The notes below the pieces were generated by a model. That model saw only the letters and a list, made by a program, of their open reading frames with translations, ran no database searches and was not told the origin of the DNA. Below, piece after piece: positions 1 through 10,400 of a stretch of DNA of 57,704 bases. The stretch spans positions 1-57,704 of the IMG/VR virus record IMGVR_UViG_3300032245_001105; one strand, written 5' to 3'. Origin of the DNA: a virus (taxonomy: Duplodnaviria; Caudoviricetes). The translations under genes were made by a program, and so were the position numbers. Each line of letters starts with the position of its first letter. Position 1 is the first letter of the stretch.

Positions 1-1316
1 CCGGCTTCCATGCCTTGTTGGTCAATGGTGCGCGAAGCTTTCATTACGATGCCGGCTTGATCAGCCCAGAACTGACCATCATCGCCTTGGTGGGCTTTTT
101 GTGCAAACTTTTGTGCAATGCCTCTCAGCACATCAGCCATGTGCATGTTGCCATCATCGTCGTCGGATTCGTCAACTTCGTGCTTGCCGCCCATGGCATC
201 TTTGCCCAAACGACCTGCTATGACATCACCTTGTGTTACTGCATCATATGGTTTGGCATTGTTGGCCAAGTTGCCGTCGTTGCCTTCTTTAACTGTTAGG
301 CCTGCTAGACGAGCCAGTTCGTTTAGTTCAGCGGCTTCCTGCATACCCATCTTGCGGCGCAGGTCTGCTTTCATATCTTCATCGCTGCCGTGTCCTAACT
401 TGTTCAATACATGTCCGCCCATACGCTTGGCACGATCCATCATACTGGGTGCCTGAGCAGGTGCCAATGGCATGGGAAAATTATCATTGTCCATTGGATT
501 TTCTGTAGCATCATTCAACTGTGACTTGCCGTAGCTGTGTACTTCCATACAGTCACGCAGGAGTTCACTGCAATGGCCGGTTTCTTTAAATGCCTGGATG
601 TCCGATTGTAGTTCAGCCAACATCTCTTGTAGTGTCATGTCTTTCTTCTTGATCATCTCAGTGAAGTTAACACCTTCAATCAACAACTTGGCCATGCGAA
701 GACTACTTTCATTGGCCTTGATGGTTTTGCCAATGTGATGGGCACGTTTAATTGTGCTCTTAGGCAAGTTCTTGGCAGTGGCTTGACCCAGTCCAGTTTC
801 TTTCTTGGCCTGTGCCATGCCAATGGCGTAAGGATTCTTTGCAGTTTCGTTGGTGTCTTGTGTTGCTTTGCCTTTGATCACTGTGCCTTTGGCGCCCTTG
901 GGCGCTTTGTCAGGAACACGACCAAATGGATCATTTCCAATCTTGGCAGGAGCACTGGCCGCTGGATCTTTCTTGGGACGACCTTTAGGACCTTTAACAC
1001 GAACAACTTTTTCTTTCTTGGCTGTGCCTTTGGCAGGACGGCCACGCTTGGGAGCCGCTTCGTCATCCGGATCACCTTGGTATTCGGTGCCGTATGTACC
1101 TTTATGTTTAGTGACACCGTTTTTATATTCAGTGTCACCTTCATTGAATTCAGCAAATTGCTCTTTGAGTTTTTGTTCGACTTTAGCCACACCCTCAAGA
1201 ATTGACCCTTTGGCTTCTACACTTTCGTAGATGACCTGGGATTTCTTATTCTCTTGCGGCTCTTGTTGTGGTGCTACTTTTTTGAGACTGTCTAAAATTG
1301 TGTACATGTTGCTCAT
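1..1316 (-). CDS. Partial (runs off window start) >438-aa probable head/internal protein with AT-hook-like motifs; missed by the ORF track
   Basis: Manual translation from ATG at 1316 (MSNMYTILDSLKKVAPQQEPQENKKSQVIYESVEAKGSILEG...) stays open to position 1. Contains PKRGRPAK, KGRPKK and ELARLAGL. Starts 2 nt after the stop of the upstream gene. Confidence 0.85.
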   Translation of the reverse strand, partial: MSNMYTILDSLKKVAPQQEPQENKKSQVIYESVEAKGSILEGVAKVEQKLKEQFAEFNEGDTEYKNGVTKHKGTYGTEYQGDPDDEAAPKRGRPAKGTAKKEKVVRVKGPKGRPKKDPAASAPAKIGNDPFGRVPDKAPKGAKGTVIKGKATQDTNETAKNPYAIGMAQAKKETGLGQATAKNLPKSTIKRAHHIGKTIKANESSLRMAKLLIEGVNFTEMIKKKDMTLQEMLAELQSDIQAFKETGHCSELLRDCMEVHSYGKSQLNDATENPMDNDNFPMPLAPAQAPSMMDRAKRMGGHVLNKLGHGSDEDMKADLRRKMGMQEAAELNELARLAGLTVKEGNDGNLANNAKPYDAVTQGDVIAGRLGKDAMGGKHEVDESDDDDGNMHMADVLRGIAQKFAQKAHQGDDGQFWADQAGIVMKASRTIDQQGMEA

Positions 1317-1318
1317 GA

Positions 1319-1918
1319 TTATTTTCCTCGGGGACGTTGTAATGTGTTTTTAGTACTGCCAATGGGGCTATTGTTTTGTTGCGGAGCATCATTGGTGGTT
1401 TTACCCGTAGCATACTCTGTATCAGTACCTTGTATTTCTTGTTTGCGTGTGTTGGCACTTAGTTCTTTGATCAAACTGGACAAACGCTTTTCGCCAACAG
1501 CTTCTTGTGCGCCTGGTCCACCCAAATCTTCTTTGGTCAGCAACGGACTTTCGCTTTCGTTGCTGTCAACATGTCCCCACACCAATTGTTCATTCAATGC
1601 ATCAGCCATGGTTTTAACATCAACCCAACTGGCATTAACACCAGCACGTTCACCGATCAACTGGCGAATCTGACCAGGAATGGTTGGATACTTTAGGCCA
1701 ACATCTAACATGTAGCAATCACATGCACCTTCTTTGGCAAATTCCCAATGCTCAGTCACCGGTAATCTTTTTACAGCACTGATAGTTTCAACTTGGAAAC
1801 AGTCTAATGCGTTTTTAATGCGGTCAAGCACTTCGCCCTTGGGCTCTACGTGTGCCATTTTGATACGAAACTCGTAAACTTTGTGAGTTTCGTGAAAATA
1901 TGCTGATAAATTTTTCAT
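1319..1918 (-). CDS. Hypothetical phage protein (late, probably virion-associated)
   Basis: 199-aa ORF on the gene-dense strand, AGGA RBS, TAAATA motif at 1941-1946. Confidence 0.75.
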   Translation of the reverse strand: MKNLSAYFHETHKVYEFRIKMAHVEPKGEVLDRIKNALDCFQVETISAVKRLPVTEHWEFAKEGACDCYMLDVGLKYPTIPGQIRQLIGERAGVNASWVDVKTMADALNEQLVWGHVDSNESESPLLTKEDLGGPGAQEAVGEKRLSSLIKELSANTRKQEIQGTDTEYATGKTTNDAPQQNNSPIGSTKNTLQRPRGK

Positions 1919-1953
1919 GTGGGATTAATCCTATATTCTATATTTATGTCCGA

Positions 1954-2472
1954 TTACTTCTTTTCTTCTGAGCGATTCTTGCCCAGGATCTGATCTAACA
2001 GCGCATTACGATCCAATACCATGCCCTTGCCATCCACAGGCTCATCTTCTTCTCGGTTGTTGTCTTTGGCTATCTGATGATCCAACTTGGCTTTGTTCAA
2101 CTGTAACTGAATCATCTTGAGCTTTTTGTCCATCTTTGCTGTTTTAGCAGTGATGCTATGCCCCAACAGGGTACCTGCTGTTTGTAGTATAACACCGGCA
2201 AAGCGTGGATCAACATTCATGCCCAAATCAATTAAGTCTTCTGCTTTGCTCTTGGCCAAAAATGCCAATTCATCCAGCTCACTGTCGGCAGTATCTAGAT
2301 CCCTAACATAGGGCAGGGCCGCATCAATTTTGTCAATGGCCGCATCAACATCAGTTATCATGTCTCTGTTTTGTGCTATCACAGTTCTAATGTCTTCAGT
2401 GGTGGTACCACCTGCATCATCATTTGCAGTAGAGGATGGCAAGTTAAAAGTTTCTTCAAGTTTTTTAGTCAT
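1954..2472 (-). CDS. Putative terminase small subunit (gp16-like)
   Basis: Helical 172-aa protein. DLIDLGMNVDPRFAGVILQTAGTLL resembles the helical core of T4-superfamily small terminases. Position in the morphogenesis cluster fits. Confidence 0.5.
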   Translation of the reverse strand: MTKKLEETFNLPSSTANDDAGGTTTEDIRTVIAQNRDMITDVDAAIDKIDAALPYVRDLDTADSELDELAFLAKSKAEDLIDLGMNVDPRFAGVILQTAGTLLGHSITAKTAKMDKKLKMIQLQLNKAKLDHQIAKDNNREEDEPVDGKGMVLDRNALLDQILGKNRSEEKK

Positions 2473-3299
2473 GGTATTATTTTAGGTATGGGTTTATCTC
2501 TGTACCAATCACACATGGCAGCTACTACATCATTTTGTCGGCATCTAAAAAAATGCCCATCATCTGCACTGACATCGTTGGTTACCAATATAGATTCTGT
2601 TTTGGTCATTTGATCACGTGCATGGTCAAATACTTCTTTTTCGTGCATCACAACTAACACTGGGGTTTTTGCAGAGGTAACATCGTACCAATCTAATCGC
2701 CCGCCCTGATGGTGTTTGTCTCGGTCCGGAAGCACATGCCAGGTGCCCGATGCCGAAACGATTTTATATAACTTGGTTTCTTCTAAACTTATCATGGCGG
2801 CATCCAGTGCTCCATAGCTGATACCAAACCAGGTGATTTTTGATTCGGGAAATTGATCAGACAGCAAATCTATTACTTGTTTTGCTTCCCGTTTTCGATC
2901 ATCAGACATGCGATAAAAACTACCCACCCAGCCCATACCATTGACTGTGGCAATAAAATAATCCGGTACGTCAAATATAGCAATGGCTACATTTTGATTC
3001 AACCAATGTTCTATCCACTCCCACGTAAATTGTGGAGCTTCGTGTGTTTTGTCTGATATCTTACCTGCGGGAGTATAATGAAAATGGTGGGGTATCAACC
3101 CACCATAAGTGTATATCACCACAACGTCCGGGTTGGGCACTTTACTTAAAATACAAATTGCTGTTTTATGATGCGGATATTCTAAAAACTCAAGTCTTGC
3201 CAACGGCAGACTGTTGATGAGTTTATCCCTGTGGCGCTCAACTATTTTATTAATAACTCGTTGTCTATCAGGAAAGTCGCTGTACTTTAAATAGGTCAT
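2469..3299 (-). CDS. Alpha/beta-hydrolase-fold protein
   Basis: Nucleophile elbow WFGISYGA (G-x-S-x-G) and late DGHFF histidine motif. Likely start MTYLKY at 3299, just downstream of TAAATA (3305-3310). Confidence 0.65.
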   Translation of the reverse strand: MTYLKYSDFPDRQRVINKIVERHRDKLINSLPLARLEFLEYPHHKTAICILSKVPNPDVVVIYTYGGLIPHHFHYTPAGKISDKTHEAPQFTWEWIEHWLNQNVAIAIFDVPDYFIATVNGMGWVGSFYRMSDDRKREAKQVIDLLSDQFPESKITWFGISYGALDAAMISLEETKLYKIVSASGTWHVLPDRDKHHQGGRLDWYDVTSAKTPVLVVMHEKEVFDHARDQMTKTESILVTNDVSADDGHFFRCRQNDVVAAMCDWYRDKPIPKIIP

Positions 3300-3315
3300 A
3301 CAAGTATTTAACATT

Positions 3316-3339
3316 AAAAAAGGACCTTGCGGTCCTTTT
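3316..3339 (-). terminator. Intrinsic terminator after the Bug/TctC gene
   Basis: GGACC-GCAA-GGTCC stem-loop followed by a U-tract on the minus strand. Confidence 0.8.
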
Positions 3340-3340
3340 A

Positions 3341-4249
3341 TTAGTTAAGTTTAACGCCTGTGGTCAACCGTTTCCACTTTTGATGTTGATCGTTGTACCA
3401 AGGGTCTAGTTCCGTGTCTTTTAGTACCAAGGGCTCGCACATGTCTGCTTTGTAACTGTCTAGTACAGTTTTGGCCTGTACTGCCTGTGTTAGTATAGCT
3501 CGCCATTCTTTAAATTTGGCATCGGGTGTTGTTGTGGGAACAACCATGTGATGCGGAATGTTTAACGATTTGACCACTGGATTGAATCCCATTCCGGCTA
3601 TGGGTTTGTATCCCAACATTGATTTAGCTCCGGTGATGCCCAGGACATGTGTTTGCACTTTTCTAGCTGGGTCGCTGGCCCAGGCGTGGTGGTCTGTTAA
3701 GAATCCAAGACTAAAATCCAACGATCCGCTGATCAGGCCCAAGAATGCTTCTGAAGTACTTTTGAAAGGCACTGCTTGTGCATTTGGATATTTGTCAACA
3801 ATCTGTAGACTGATCAAGTGTGTAGTAACACCTAGGCCGCTGACGCCAATATTCAGGGGTTTGTCCTTGGGTACTTCGTCCCAGGACTTGTACTTGACTG
3901 AACTGATGGCAACAGGGCTGGTACAGAATGGCATGAACTCACGGAAGTCTCGCACATCATAACTTTCAGTTGGATAAAACTCTGGGCGAATAAAGAATGC
4001 ACTACTGGTAAACAAGATAGTGTTGGGGGTTGCTTTTACAAAGTTTGCCGCAATGGCATTGCCTGCACCGGGTTTGGTGTCAAACATAAAATTGTATTTG
4101 GTTTGGATACGATTTGCTTCCTGTACCAAGGTACGGCCATAATTGGCAATACTGTCAGCAGGACTAAATGCGTAATAAATGGTTACATTTTCTTGGGCCG
4201 TTGCTGTAAAAGACAAGGCCATAGCGATGATGGCTAGTAGCTTTTTCAT
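3341..4249 (-). CDS. Tripartite tricarboxylate transporter substrate-binding protein (Bug/TctC family) with signal peptide
   Basis: MKKLLAIIAMALSFTATAQ signal peptide; KPGAGNAIAANFV and GVSGLGVTTHL motifs, VPFKS; about 300 aa. Start corrected to 4249 (AGAGG RBS). Confidence 0.85.
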   Translation of the reverse strand: MKKLLAIIAMALSFTATAQENVTIYYAFSPADSIANYGRTLVQEANRIQTKYNFMFDTKPGAGNAIAANFVKATPNTILFTSSAFFIRPEFYPTESYDVRDFREFMPFCTSPVAISSVKYKSWDEVPKDKPLNIGVSGLGVTTHLISLQIVDKYPNAQAVPFKSTSEAFLGLISGSLDFSLGFLTDHHAWASDPARKVQTHVLGITGAKSMLGYKPIAGMGFNPVVKSLNIPHHMVVPTTTPDAKFKEWRAILTQAVQAKTVLDSYKADMCEPLVLKDTELDPWYNDQHQKWKRLTTGVKLN

Positions 4250-4309
4250 AATTTCCTCTGTGTGATTGTGTCCGCTCAAGGGACTAGTGGTTGGTACTAA
4301 TAGTATTTA

Positions 4310-4744
4310 TTATCTCTTCTTGCCTTGGTGAAATATTTGATCTTCTGTTATTACACGAAATGCCAGGCCTTGATTTTTACACCAGGCGCGGGCCGCTTCC
4401 CATTTGGCCATGTTGAGTATGGCGGCTGCCTGTGATCTGGCATTGGTATTGCCTTCCAATGTGGTTTCTTTTTTTGGTTTGACTTCGATCACTTCGGCAT
4501 GTTGTCGGCCCTGTGCATCGTTGTATACAATTAGGAAGTCGGGCACATAAATGGTATTCTTACCTGTCAAGGGATTACGATAGTTCACATGTATGGCTTC
4601 GCTGGCCCATTGCAAGATGTTGGGATTGAGGTCACAAAACTGCATGAAGGTCCACTCCCATCCCGATCTATAAGTTGGCGTTTTGTTGCCTACATACTTG
4701 GTGGGGTTTTGCAATTGATATTTGCCTTGTGCATACTTGCTCAT
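4310..4744 (-). CDS. gp4: Head completion nuclease, T4 gp4-like (TnsA N-terminal PD-(D/E)xK fold)
   Basis: YRSGWE...FCD...WASE...YVPDF...IEVKP...KWEAA...FRVITE signature. Confidence 0.9.
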   Translation of the reverse strand: MSKYAQGKYQLQNPTKYVGNKTPTYRSGWEWTFMQFCDLNPNILQWASEAIHVNYRNPLTGKNTIYVPDFLIVYNDAQGRQHAEVIEVKPKKETTLEGNTNARSQAAAILNMAKWEAARAWCKNQGLAFRVITEDQIFHQGKKR

Positions 4745-5145
4745 GCTATTATTCTTCGCGTGACATATTTGTTTCGCACCGGTTGTTGCTGTATTCCTAT
4801 TAGGCTTGTTCCCACTCTATTGAGATTTAAAAACGTAGCAATGTATGCTCCAATATCTTCATTGGATAGTTTCTTAAACTCATCTAAAATTGCCATTGCA
4901 TCAATTCCCTGGGCAGTGCTTGTATAAATCACTGCGCTGGACAAGGCCAGGGCACTTTCTTTGTTGTCGGTTATCTTTTCAAAATAACTCACTATGGCAT
5001 CTTCTTTGGCTGTGCTGATAATAATTGTTTTATCAAAATAATTGTTAAAAAACTTGTTACCATCACCTGTCAGGTTGTTTAGATTGACGGCACTCAGGTT
5101 GCTTGGATTCTTTTTCAGCTGATCAAATGTGTTAACTACTGCCAT
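4741..5145 (-). CDS. Hypothetical protein
   Basis: 134-aa ORF translationally coupled to gp4, AAGGAA RBS. Confidence 0.7.
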   Translation of the reverse strand: MAVVNTFDQLKKNPSNLSAVNLNNLTGDGNKFFNNYFDKTIIISTAKEDAIVSYFEKITDNKESALALSSAVIYTSTAQGIDAMAILDEFKKLSNEDIGAYIATFLNLNRVGTSLIGIQQQPVRNKYVTRRIIA

Positions 5146-5154
5146 TGTTGTTCC

Positions 5155-6717
5155 TTAAGGATCTGGGTACGGATTTGATTGGTTGCTTGATGCGTTGGCA
5201 TTATTCACAGCATTTTGTTGTGGGTTTGTGTATATAGAACCGTCTGCACTAACAATAGTCTGACTACCATCAGGGTTGGTTGTGATTGTGTCGCCAGACT
5301 CTGGATCATGTATGGTTTGACTGTCTGGGCCTGGGCCGCCTTCGTCTGCGCTATTGCCACTGGGGTTTTGTGCAGTCAATAGTTCATCTAGTTTTGCACG
5401 GCCATCAAGCACCGCTGTAGTTAATCCATCAATATTATCTTGTATAGATGCATTGTTGTCAATAACATTGACCAATTTGGCTTTATTATCTGTAATTATT
5501 TGCTCAAGTGCCGCAATATCTTCATCACTCAAGTTGGGGTCGTATTCTAATGTGTATGTGTCTGATTCAATTTGAGCTTCAATTTGAGCTTGTTCTGCTT
5601 GGCCTGCTTCTAGATCGGCACGGGCCTGATCAATTGCTTCCTCATCAGCTGCCAATTGTGCGGACACCTGGTCAATTTGTGCTTGTGGATCAGTAGAGTC
5701 ACCATCGTTGTCCGACGGTAGGCCGTTACCAAGACCTTGTAGAGCACCATCAACTTTCTCACCGTTGCTGAAAACTTTACCAAGCCCGGCTTTTGCCTTA
5801 CCTAATAGACTTGATGCTCCACCGGCCAACGCAGTAATCCCGCCGCCTGTTAGTCCTTGGGTCAATAGAGCTCCGCCCGCGGCACTAAGTGCTCCGCCCA
5901 ACAATGCCGCACCATTTAAATTTTTCAAATTATTCAAAATACCGCCTATGCCGGTTAATCCTTCAGCCATGTCATGTACTGTTCTATCACCAACTGCTGT
6001 GGTTCCCATTGAACTTGGACGGCTATCATAATTTAATGTAGCGAACCCCGACACTGTGTCTTCGCTAACTGTGCCATAATGATATTTTACAGCCTGATAT
6101 GATACTGTCATTGAGTTTTCCAGTGTACCTGCATCGCCGCCTTGAGCGTGTTCGCCGTGTTGAAATTGTGTAATGGTGGGATTAATCAACGTGTATTCTG
6201 TAAATTTTTTATTGTGTAAACTATAGATACGAATAGCAGTTAAAAATTGCTGAGTATTTGATGAGCTTGCGGGATATTGCCTTGGGGTGTAGCCCCAGAC
6301 TTGATTTTGTCTTTCGCTGTATTTACTGGCAGCTCTGTAGATGTTTTCATTCCAGTCGCTGTCTCTATAATAGTAACTGTAGTAGTCATACCAAAATTTT
6401 CTAATTATATCCAAGTTGTCGTCGTGAAACTTAATTGTGGTACTGTCATATTTTACTTTGGTTTGCACAATATCTATGCGATTGTATGCATTGAGATTTT
6501 TTGTTTCCACTGTGAACTTGGGAAGGCTAGCACTTTTAACAACAAATCCCATCTTAAGTATTTCGTCATTGGACATTCTGGCGATTTCTGGATTCAAATC
6601 AAATGCTACATGGAAAAGCCAACCATATTTAGGACTTAGACTAAAATTATTGGGTATGAATATTTTGGCCGCATGGTTGCGATCAAATAATGTTACAGGA
6701 GACACGGTGTTAGGCAT
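5155..6717 (-). CDS. Tail-tube-fold protein (gp19 paralogue / gp54-like tube initiator) with a long acidic coiled-coil C-terminal extension
   Basis: N-terminal VKSASLPKFTVET...KVKYDSTTIKFHDD...YTLINPTIT...MTVSYQ resembles the gp19 family. Adjacent to the tube gene. Confidence 0.65.
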   Translation of the reverse strand: MPNTVSPVTLFDRNHAAKIFIPNNFSLSPKYGWLFHVAFDLNPEIARMSNDEILKMGFVVKSASLPKFTVETKNLNAYNRIDIVQTKVKYDSTTIKFHDDNLDIIRKFWYDYYSYYYRDSDWNENIYRAASKYSERQNQVWGYTPRQYPASSSNTQQFLTAIRIYSLHNKKFTEYTLINPTITQFQHGEHAQGGDAGTLENSMTVSYQAVKYHYGTVSEDTVSGFATLNYDSRPSSMGTTAVGDRTVHDMAEGLTGIGGILNNLKNLNGAALLGGALSAAGGALLTQGLTGGGITALAGGASSLLGKAKAGLGKVFSNGEKVDGALQGLGNGLPSDNDGDSTDPQAQIDQVSAQLAADEEAIDQARADLEAGQAEQAQIEAQIESDTYTLEYDPNLSDEDIAALEQIITDNKAKLVNVIDNNASIQDNIDGLTTAVLDGRAKLDELLTAQNPSGNSADEGGPGPDSQTIHDPESGDTITTNPDGSQTIVSADGSIYTNPQQNAVNNANASSNQSNPYPDP

Positions 6718-6734
6718 ATAAAGTATTTATGGCC

Positions 6735-6761
6735 AAAAAAAAGCCTGGTTTCCCAGGCTTT
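6735..6761 (-). terminator. Intrinsic terminator after the tail tube gene
   Basis: GCCTGG-GAAA-CCAGGC followed by an 8-U tract on the minus strand. Confidence 0.85.
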
Positions 6762-6783
6762 AATTTTGTGTTATATAAAACGG

Positions 6784-7410
6784 TTAAGTGGCTGTACTTG
6801 TTGGTATCACCCCAGTAGTGCCGCTACCAAACGGAATATGTGTCATATTTTGTCCTGGGGTTAACGGAGTCAAGTATGCATTATCAAACCTAACAGTCAA
6901 CGCAATTTGTGCGGCTTCGTTTGATCCATAATTCATGTCGCCCCAATCGGCTTGACTAATTTGGCAACCTTCCATGTCCCAAGTTTCTAGTATAACTGGA
7001 TTTTGACCATTACCACCATCAAGAACTTCGTAACGCATGGCAAACTTGTAGTCACCAGCACTGGCTGCGCTAGATTGTTCTAAAAAGTCAAATTGCTTCT
7101 GGATTTGCTCACTCACTAATCTTGCAACGAGTCCTGTGGCATCATCTCGCAAGTTAATTGAAGTTTCTTGCCATTCTGGTTTTCCCTGCATATAAACTTT
7201 ACTGTTGTAAATGTCCAACGCAAACGGACTAAAATTAACACTTGGTCGTTTAATATCGGCCACTTGACGTGTTAATTCAACCACATCCTTACCAGAACCA
7301 AAGTTTATAAAAGTAGCGCGAAAGCGATACTTTAACTTCGGCATTAAAAGGCCGCCACCTGTACCGTCAGTTGGCACCGTAAAATTCTTTAGACTTGCTG
7401 TAATAGCCAT
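6784..7410 (-). CDS. gp19: Tail tube protein
   Basis: PKLKYRFR...RPSVNF...GKPEWQETSINLRDD...ETWDMEGC...LTVRFDNA; directly downstream of the sheath gene. Confidence 0.9.
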   Translation of the reverse strand: MAITASLKNFTVPTDGTGGGLLMPKLKYRFRATFINFGSGKDVVELTRQVADIKRPSVNFSPFALDIYNSKVYMQGKPEWQETSINLRDDATGLVARLVSEQIQKQFDFLEQSSAASAGDYKFAMRYEVLDGGNGQNPVILETWDMEGCQISQADWGDMNYGSNEAAQIALTVRFDNAYLTPLTPGQNMTHIPFGSGTTGVIPTSTAT

Positions 7411-7452
7411 ATCATTCTCCTATACACTTATTTACCGTTTTTGCTGTTTGTA

Positions 7453-7476
7453 AATGCTAGGGTTGCCCCTAGCATT
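7453..7476. terminator. 10-bp stem-loop between sheath and tube genes (terminator or mRNA stabiliser)
   Basis: AATGCTAGGG-TTGC-CCCTAGCATT perfect inverted repeat; only a short U-tract. Confidence 0.6.
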
Positions 7477-7490
7477 ATCTACTTAGTTAA

Positions 7491-10400
7491 TTATGCTCCA
7501 AGTTGTCCTGCGGCAATTGAGCCTGGGTTCAACAATCGAATTGGAATGTAGATAAACTCAACATCTTTCATCGGCTCAATAGCAATATCAACCCATAATT
7601 CATTATTAGCAATACGGTTTGGTGTATTATTTGTTGTGTCACATACCACTAGATAGTCGTATATTCCTCGTTTTGCAACAAGATCATTCATTGCGCCTTC
7701 AATTGATCGTTTGATTTGATCACGAGTGATCTTATCGTTTGGTTCAAACAAATACGCATTACCGACCTTGGCCAAAATTGTACGTATGTAGTTGACCAGA
7801 CGTGCAACGTTTATGCGATCCAGGCTACTTGTAACTGGGTTGCGTGTTTTTTGTCCCCAAACTACCATGCCAACTCCTGGAAGAATTGTGATTGGATTAA
7901 CATTAGTTTGGTACATAGAATCACGTAGACCTTGGCTAATACCATTACGAGTAAACTCGCCTGTATCTTGATTAATATAACCAACATCAGTTGCATTGTC
8001 TACTAGCCCGCGACGTACACCCGCTGGAGCGAACCATGGATAACTTACGCTGTCATTGCGAATAAATGTACGCAACATAACATGGCTTGGTGGTACAACC
8101 ACTGTATTTCCACGAACGTCAGTAGAAACAGCACTTGGATAATAAACACCCAAATATGGATCTGCTGTGCTTAATCCTGTGCCATCGCTGTTGTTGCTCC
8201 AATTGACAATGTTAACTGCATTTGGGGCCAGTGTCATTGGTGTGTCACCAATGATAAATGCTGTGTTGGCACGATCGTTGTTTAAACCCACCATGTCATC
8301 AATCAACTCCTGGTAACCAGGGGCACAAATGATATTGTACGCAAACTGGTCTTCACGAATTTCAGCACTGGCTGCAATAGCTGACTGCATGGCTTTAACA
8401 ACCATGTTACGCTGTGCGGCTGGGCCAGCATACATGCTACCATTAAATTTCAATCCACTGACTGTTTGCCAAGTTGCAGCCACATCAGGTAACGAGCTAC
8501 CTGCATTTGGAACAGCTGGTGTGTCAGGGAAGCTGGTAGCATTAAAATAGTTGCTTATATATTGCTTGACGTTAAATCCACTACGACGTGTATTAAACAA
8601 CAATGTACCGCGTGGGTATAATCTATGATCTGGAGCATCTTGATCAATATAATCACTATACAACAAATCTGTAATCAATGGGTATGATCCAGTAACAACA
8701 TCAGTGGTGCCATCTGTGTCCCATCGCGCATCAGCAAACACAATACCGTTTTGACCAGTTTGATCTGTGATGTCGATGGACACAAATTTTGCGCCATTGT
8801 AACGATACAGGGCTGGATAATTCACCAAGTCGCCACTATCTAACCATAGGTCGCCGGCAACCAATGCTGTGTTATCAGTCTGTGTTGTTGGCTCGCTAGC
8901 ACTAACAATAACACCAGCTGGATCTGTATTGGTTAAGTTGTATCCACGTGCATCACTAGACACATTGCGATAACCTTTCCAGCCCGAGTTGTTGATCATG
9001 ATGTCAACGTCGGCAGCGTCGCCATAATACCATAAAGTACCATCAGCCGGTGCTTGGTATGGTGTGTAGAAGCTGTAAGTATATGTTTGATATCCTGTGC
9101 CTGTGCCGCCAGGTACCCAGTTACTCAATACTAATCCAGGAGTAGCTGGATCTGTAGTAACTCCAGTAGTACTTGTGGTAAAGCCAGCAACAGTCAATGG
9201 TGAATTAGAAACATTGTTTAGAATAATTTCACCGCCGTACAGGTGTGTAAATGTAATCAACCCGTTAGTCACCGATGCCGTTACATAATCAATTCCGGCT
9301 GCGCCAAGTGCGGCCAATGTATCAGACACAAAACTTGCAGTTGTTGTTCCCGACAAGCTGACTGTGACCTCTGATGATAACGATTCATATCCCAAACGAG
9401 ACACCTGAATCTTAAAGCTATGACCAACTGTGAAATTACCAGTAGGTGTTGTGCCTGTTACCACAGTCTTTGGCCCGGCTTTACGGAACATCAAACGGAA
9501 CCCCACCTGGCTACGGTTGCTGTTGATATAGTGACGTGCATACACCGACCCTTCGGCAATACCATTACCGCCGCCAGATACATCTAAATTGTAAATTGCT
9601 GTAGCACTGGAATTATACACTGGCACAGCCATTGTGGTCCAAGTACCGGCTAGAGCATTGTATTGCTTGACAGCAAGACTCATGCCGTTGCCCTGCACAC
9701 TGGTTTTTATAAAAACTGACCCACTCGGTGCTGGCGTATTATCTGTGGCTCTCCAATTTGGAATTCCAACATAAGTAGCATGAGACACTTGCGGGCTATA
9801 GTATAGCCCCTCGTCTATTCCAGCTGTGGCAAATAATGTCCCGGATGTGTCAGACAATTGAACTTTGCCATCTGCTGTACCATTTACGGTTCCTTGGGCA
9901 GAGCTGGTGGCAAAAATGTTTAATTTATTGTTGTCTGCGGAAGCAGTAACACCCGGAATAGCGGCATCATTGATTTTACCAACAACTGCACTGAGAGTAG
10001 TAGCAGTAGTCATCGAGACGGTTGAACGATTGATTGTTATTACGCAGTTAGCGGCAAATGTTGGTGATATTTCAGTACCAGTAACTGTTGCGTGGCTATT
10101 TTGCCAAGCTGTTGTACCAACTTGTACCCAAGTATTGGTTGAATTTTTGTAGAATACTCCATTGTCAGTGCTGGCAACAACCACAGCATAACTGCCTATT
10201 GTACCAATTGATGTCAATGGTGTTCCACTTGATAAGTCATCACTAGAAGTAATAACGGTTGGGGTAACAGTAGAGAAAGTTTCTGTTGAAGCGTCCCATG
10301 TATTGATGCCCCAGGTGGTATTGGTTAGATCTAACCAATAAGTGCCATTGACAGGGGGACTGTCTGGGCGATTGCTTGTTGCTTCAAGCTGTGCCAGATC

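Noticed and set aside
15-1458. Short ORFs listed at 15-299, 118-456, 735-1205, 850-1230, 878-1198 and 1246-1458
   Set aside because: Antisense or out-of-frame shadows of the real minus-strand gene starting at 1316 and of its upstream neighbour.
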